Shown: positions 47,525-49,033 of the stretch, piece by piece
Layout: each line of letters opens with the position of its first letter
Position numbering within the stretch: the first letter of the stretch is position 1
Source of the DNA: Bacteroidales bacterium UBA1757
Lineage (GTDB): Bacteria; Bacteroidota; Bacteroidia; Bacteroidales; UBA1402
Direction of reading: 5' to 3'
Assembly: GCA_002315625.1 (NCBI GenBank)
Contig: DCHH01000025.1
Span: 1-49,033, forward strand
DNA length: 49,033 nt
Translations under genes and position numbers: made by a program
Notes under the pieces: generated by a model
Seen by the model: only the letters and a program-made list of their open reading frames with translations
What the model was told of the DNA's origin: nothing
Databases searched by the model: none

Positions 47525-48471
47525 ACGCAGTAACAAGAACCGATTTCCATTTTGACGGGCAGAAGTCTGTCTATCACGGCAAGGTCCGAGACGTGTATAA
47601 CATCAACGACGAGCTGATGGTCATGGTCGCGACCGACCGAATCTCTGCATTTGATGTAATCCTGCCCAAGGGCATTCCTTTCAAAGGACAGGTTCTCAAT
47701 GAGATAGCCGCCAAATTCCTCGACGCCACCGCCGATATAGTTCCCAACTGGAAAATGGCCACTCCCGACCCGATGGTAACTGTGGGCATCAAATGTGAAG
47801 GATTCCGTGTCGAAATGATTATCCGTGGTTACCTGACCGGTTCGGCCTGGAGAGAGTACAAGAACGGCTGCCGCGAGCTCTGCGGCGTGAAACTGCCCGA
47901 AGGGATGAAGGAGAACCAGAAGTTCCCGCAGCCCATCATCACCCCGACAACCAAGGCCGACGAAGGTCACGACCAGAACATCTCCAAGGATGAAATCATC
48001 GCCCAAGGGCTTGTCTCCAAGGAAGACTACGAGCTCATGGAAAAATATACCCGCGCCCTTTTCCAGCGCGGAACCGAAATCGCAGCCGGTAAGGGACTTA
48101 TCCTTGTCGATACCAAGTATGAATTCGGTAAGAAGGACGGCAAGGTCTATCTCATTGACGAAATCCACACCCCCGACTCAAGCCGCTATTTCTATGCTGA
48201 GGGCTATGCCGAAAAGTTTGCCAAGGGCGAGCCTCAAAAACAGTTGTCAAAGGAGTTTGTCCGCCAGTGGCTTATTGAGCATAATTTCATGAACGAGCCA
48301 GGACAAGTGATGCCGGAAATCACCGATGAATACGCACAATCTGTAAGCGACCGCTACATAGAACTCTTCGAGCACGTAACCGGAGAAAAGTTCTGCAAGG
48401 CGCAGGGTACCGACATCGTTGCACGTATTGAGAAGAATGTGAAAGACTACTTGAACAGCATCAAAAAATGA
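47521..48471 (+). CDS. purC: phosphoribosylaminoimidazole-succinocarboxamide synthase
   Basis: Long-form PurC: [24 protein letters not shown]. The ATG overlaps the phoH stop (ATGA). Confidence 0.94.
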   Translation: MNAVTRTDFHFDGQKSVYHGKVRDVYNINDELMVMVATDRISAFDVILPKGIPFKGQVLNEIAAKFLDATADIVPNWKMATPDPMVTVGIKCEGFRVEMIIRGYLTGSAWREYKNGCRELCGVKLPEGMKENQKFPQPIITPTTKADEGHDQNISKDEIIAQGLVSKEDYELMEKYTRALFQRGTEIAAGKGLILVDTKYEFGKKDGKVYLIDEIHTPDSSRYFYAEGYAEKFAKGEPQKQLSKEFVRQWLIEHNFMNEPGQVMPEITDEYAQSVSDRYIELFEHVTGEKFCKAQGTDIVARIEKNVKDYLNSIKK

Positions 48472-49033
48472 ACGACGACCGTTATCAGCTGCGCGGTGTA
48501 TCGGCCGGCAAGGAGGACGTACACAACGCCATCAAGAATATCGACAAGGGATTGTACCCGCACGCATTCTGCAAAATCATTCCCGATATCCTTGGGGGCG
48601 ATCCAGATTACTGCAACATAATGCACGCCGACGGTGCCGGCACCAAGTCTTCGCTGGCCTATCTATACTGGAAGGAAACCGGCGACCTGAGTGTCTGGAA
48701 AGGCATTGCACAAGATGCGCTCATCATGAACACCGACGACCTGCTGTGCGTGGGTGCAGTTGACAATATCCTGGTTTCCAGCACAATCGGGCGCAACAAG
48801 CACCTGATTCCCGGCGATGTGATTTCAGCCATTATCAACGGCACCGACGAACTGCTCAGCGAACTGCGCGACATGGGTGTCGGCGTCTATGCCACAGGCG
48901 GAGAAACGGCCGATGTGGGAGACCTGGTGCGTACCATCATAGTTGACAGTACCGTCACATGCCGCATGAAGCGGGCCGACGTAATTGACAATGCAAACAT
49001 TGAGGCTGGCGATGTCATCGTAGGACTTGCCTC
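48468..49033 (+). CDS. purM: phosphoribosylformylglycinamidine cyclo-ligase (AIR synthase), 5' partial
   Basis: Not in the ORF track because it has no stop in the window. My own translation from the ATG at 48468 reads [29 protein letters not shown]...[22 protein letters not shown]...[11 protein letters not shown], the Bacteroides-type PurM N-terminus. The ATG overlaps the purC stop. Confidence 0.88.
   Translation, partial: MNDDRYQLRGVSAGKEDVHNAIKNIDKGLYPHAFCKIIPDILGGDPDYCNIMHADGAGTKSSLAYLYWKETGDLSVWKGIAQDALIMNTDDLLCVGAVDNILVSSTIGRNKHLIPGDVISAIINGTDELLSELRDMGVGVYATGGETADVGDLVRTIIVDSTVTCRMKRADVIDNANIEAGDVIVGLA

Noticed and set aside
1-49033. A window-wide search for CRISPR arrays, IS elements or transposases, integrases, phage genes, toxin-antitoxin pairs, restriction-modification or other defence genes, rRNA, tmRNA, RNase P RNA and SRP RNA.
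   Set aside because: None was recognisable. Every ORF of at least 100 aa that is not an antisense or alternative-frame shadow is accounted for by a housekeeping or conserved hypothetical gene. No spaced direct-repeat arrays or terminal inverted repeats were seen. Composition appears uniform by eye, with no island-like block.

Overview
This 49 kb window looks like a densely packed, syntenic core-genome segment of a Bacteroidales (phylum Bacteroidota) chromosome. I see about 47 protein genes and one tRNA. I see no rRNA, CRISPR array, transposase, integrase, phage gene or recognisable defence gene.

The taxonomic call rests on three things: repeated TAnnTTTG -7 promoter boxes, a Bacteroides-type N-succinylornithine carbamoyltransferase (ArgF'), and the gene order tig-clpP-clpX-recQ.

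Gene content, in order:
- Proteostasis and DNA or nucleotide metabolism: tig-clpP-clpX-recQ-guaB.
- Envelope cluster: three tandem SurA/PpiD-like chaperone genes, an OstA-like gene and a small tail-anchored protein.
- mutL and rnr.
- Purine salvage: apt and an NCS2 permease.
- A DEAD-box helicase, rpsO, acpP-fabF and cysS.
- A lipoprotein/DUF3108 pair.
- dapB-lepB-wbqC and an M16 peptidase.
- An orphan response regulator.
- tyrS and tRNA-Gln.
- Arginine cluster: argR-GNAT-argG-argC-argD, then truA, a PAP2 phosphatase and argF'.
- An EamA transporter and a small secreted protein.
- A CoA-transferase and a nitroreductase.
- phoH-purC-purM.

I did not find a convincing new multi-gene system. The observations most worth a second look are:
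1. An RNase R that appears to lack both cold-shock/OB domains.
2. An orphan OmpR-type regulator with a degenerate receiver domain.
3. The succinyl-type arginine cluster, with an unassigned GNAT gene and Ser at the ArgF' specificity position.
4. Two hairpin-rich non-coding stretches, one after rnr and one after tRNA-Gln.
5. ARG-box-like palindromes overlapping the argR promoter.

All protein calls come from reading the supplied translations and recognising motifs. No database search was run.
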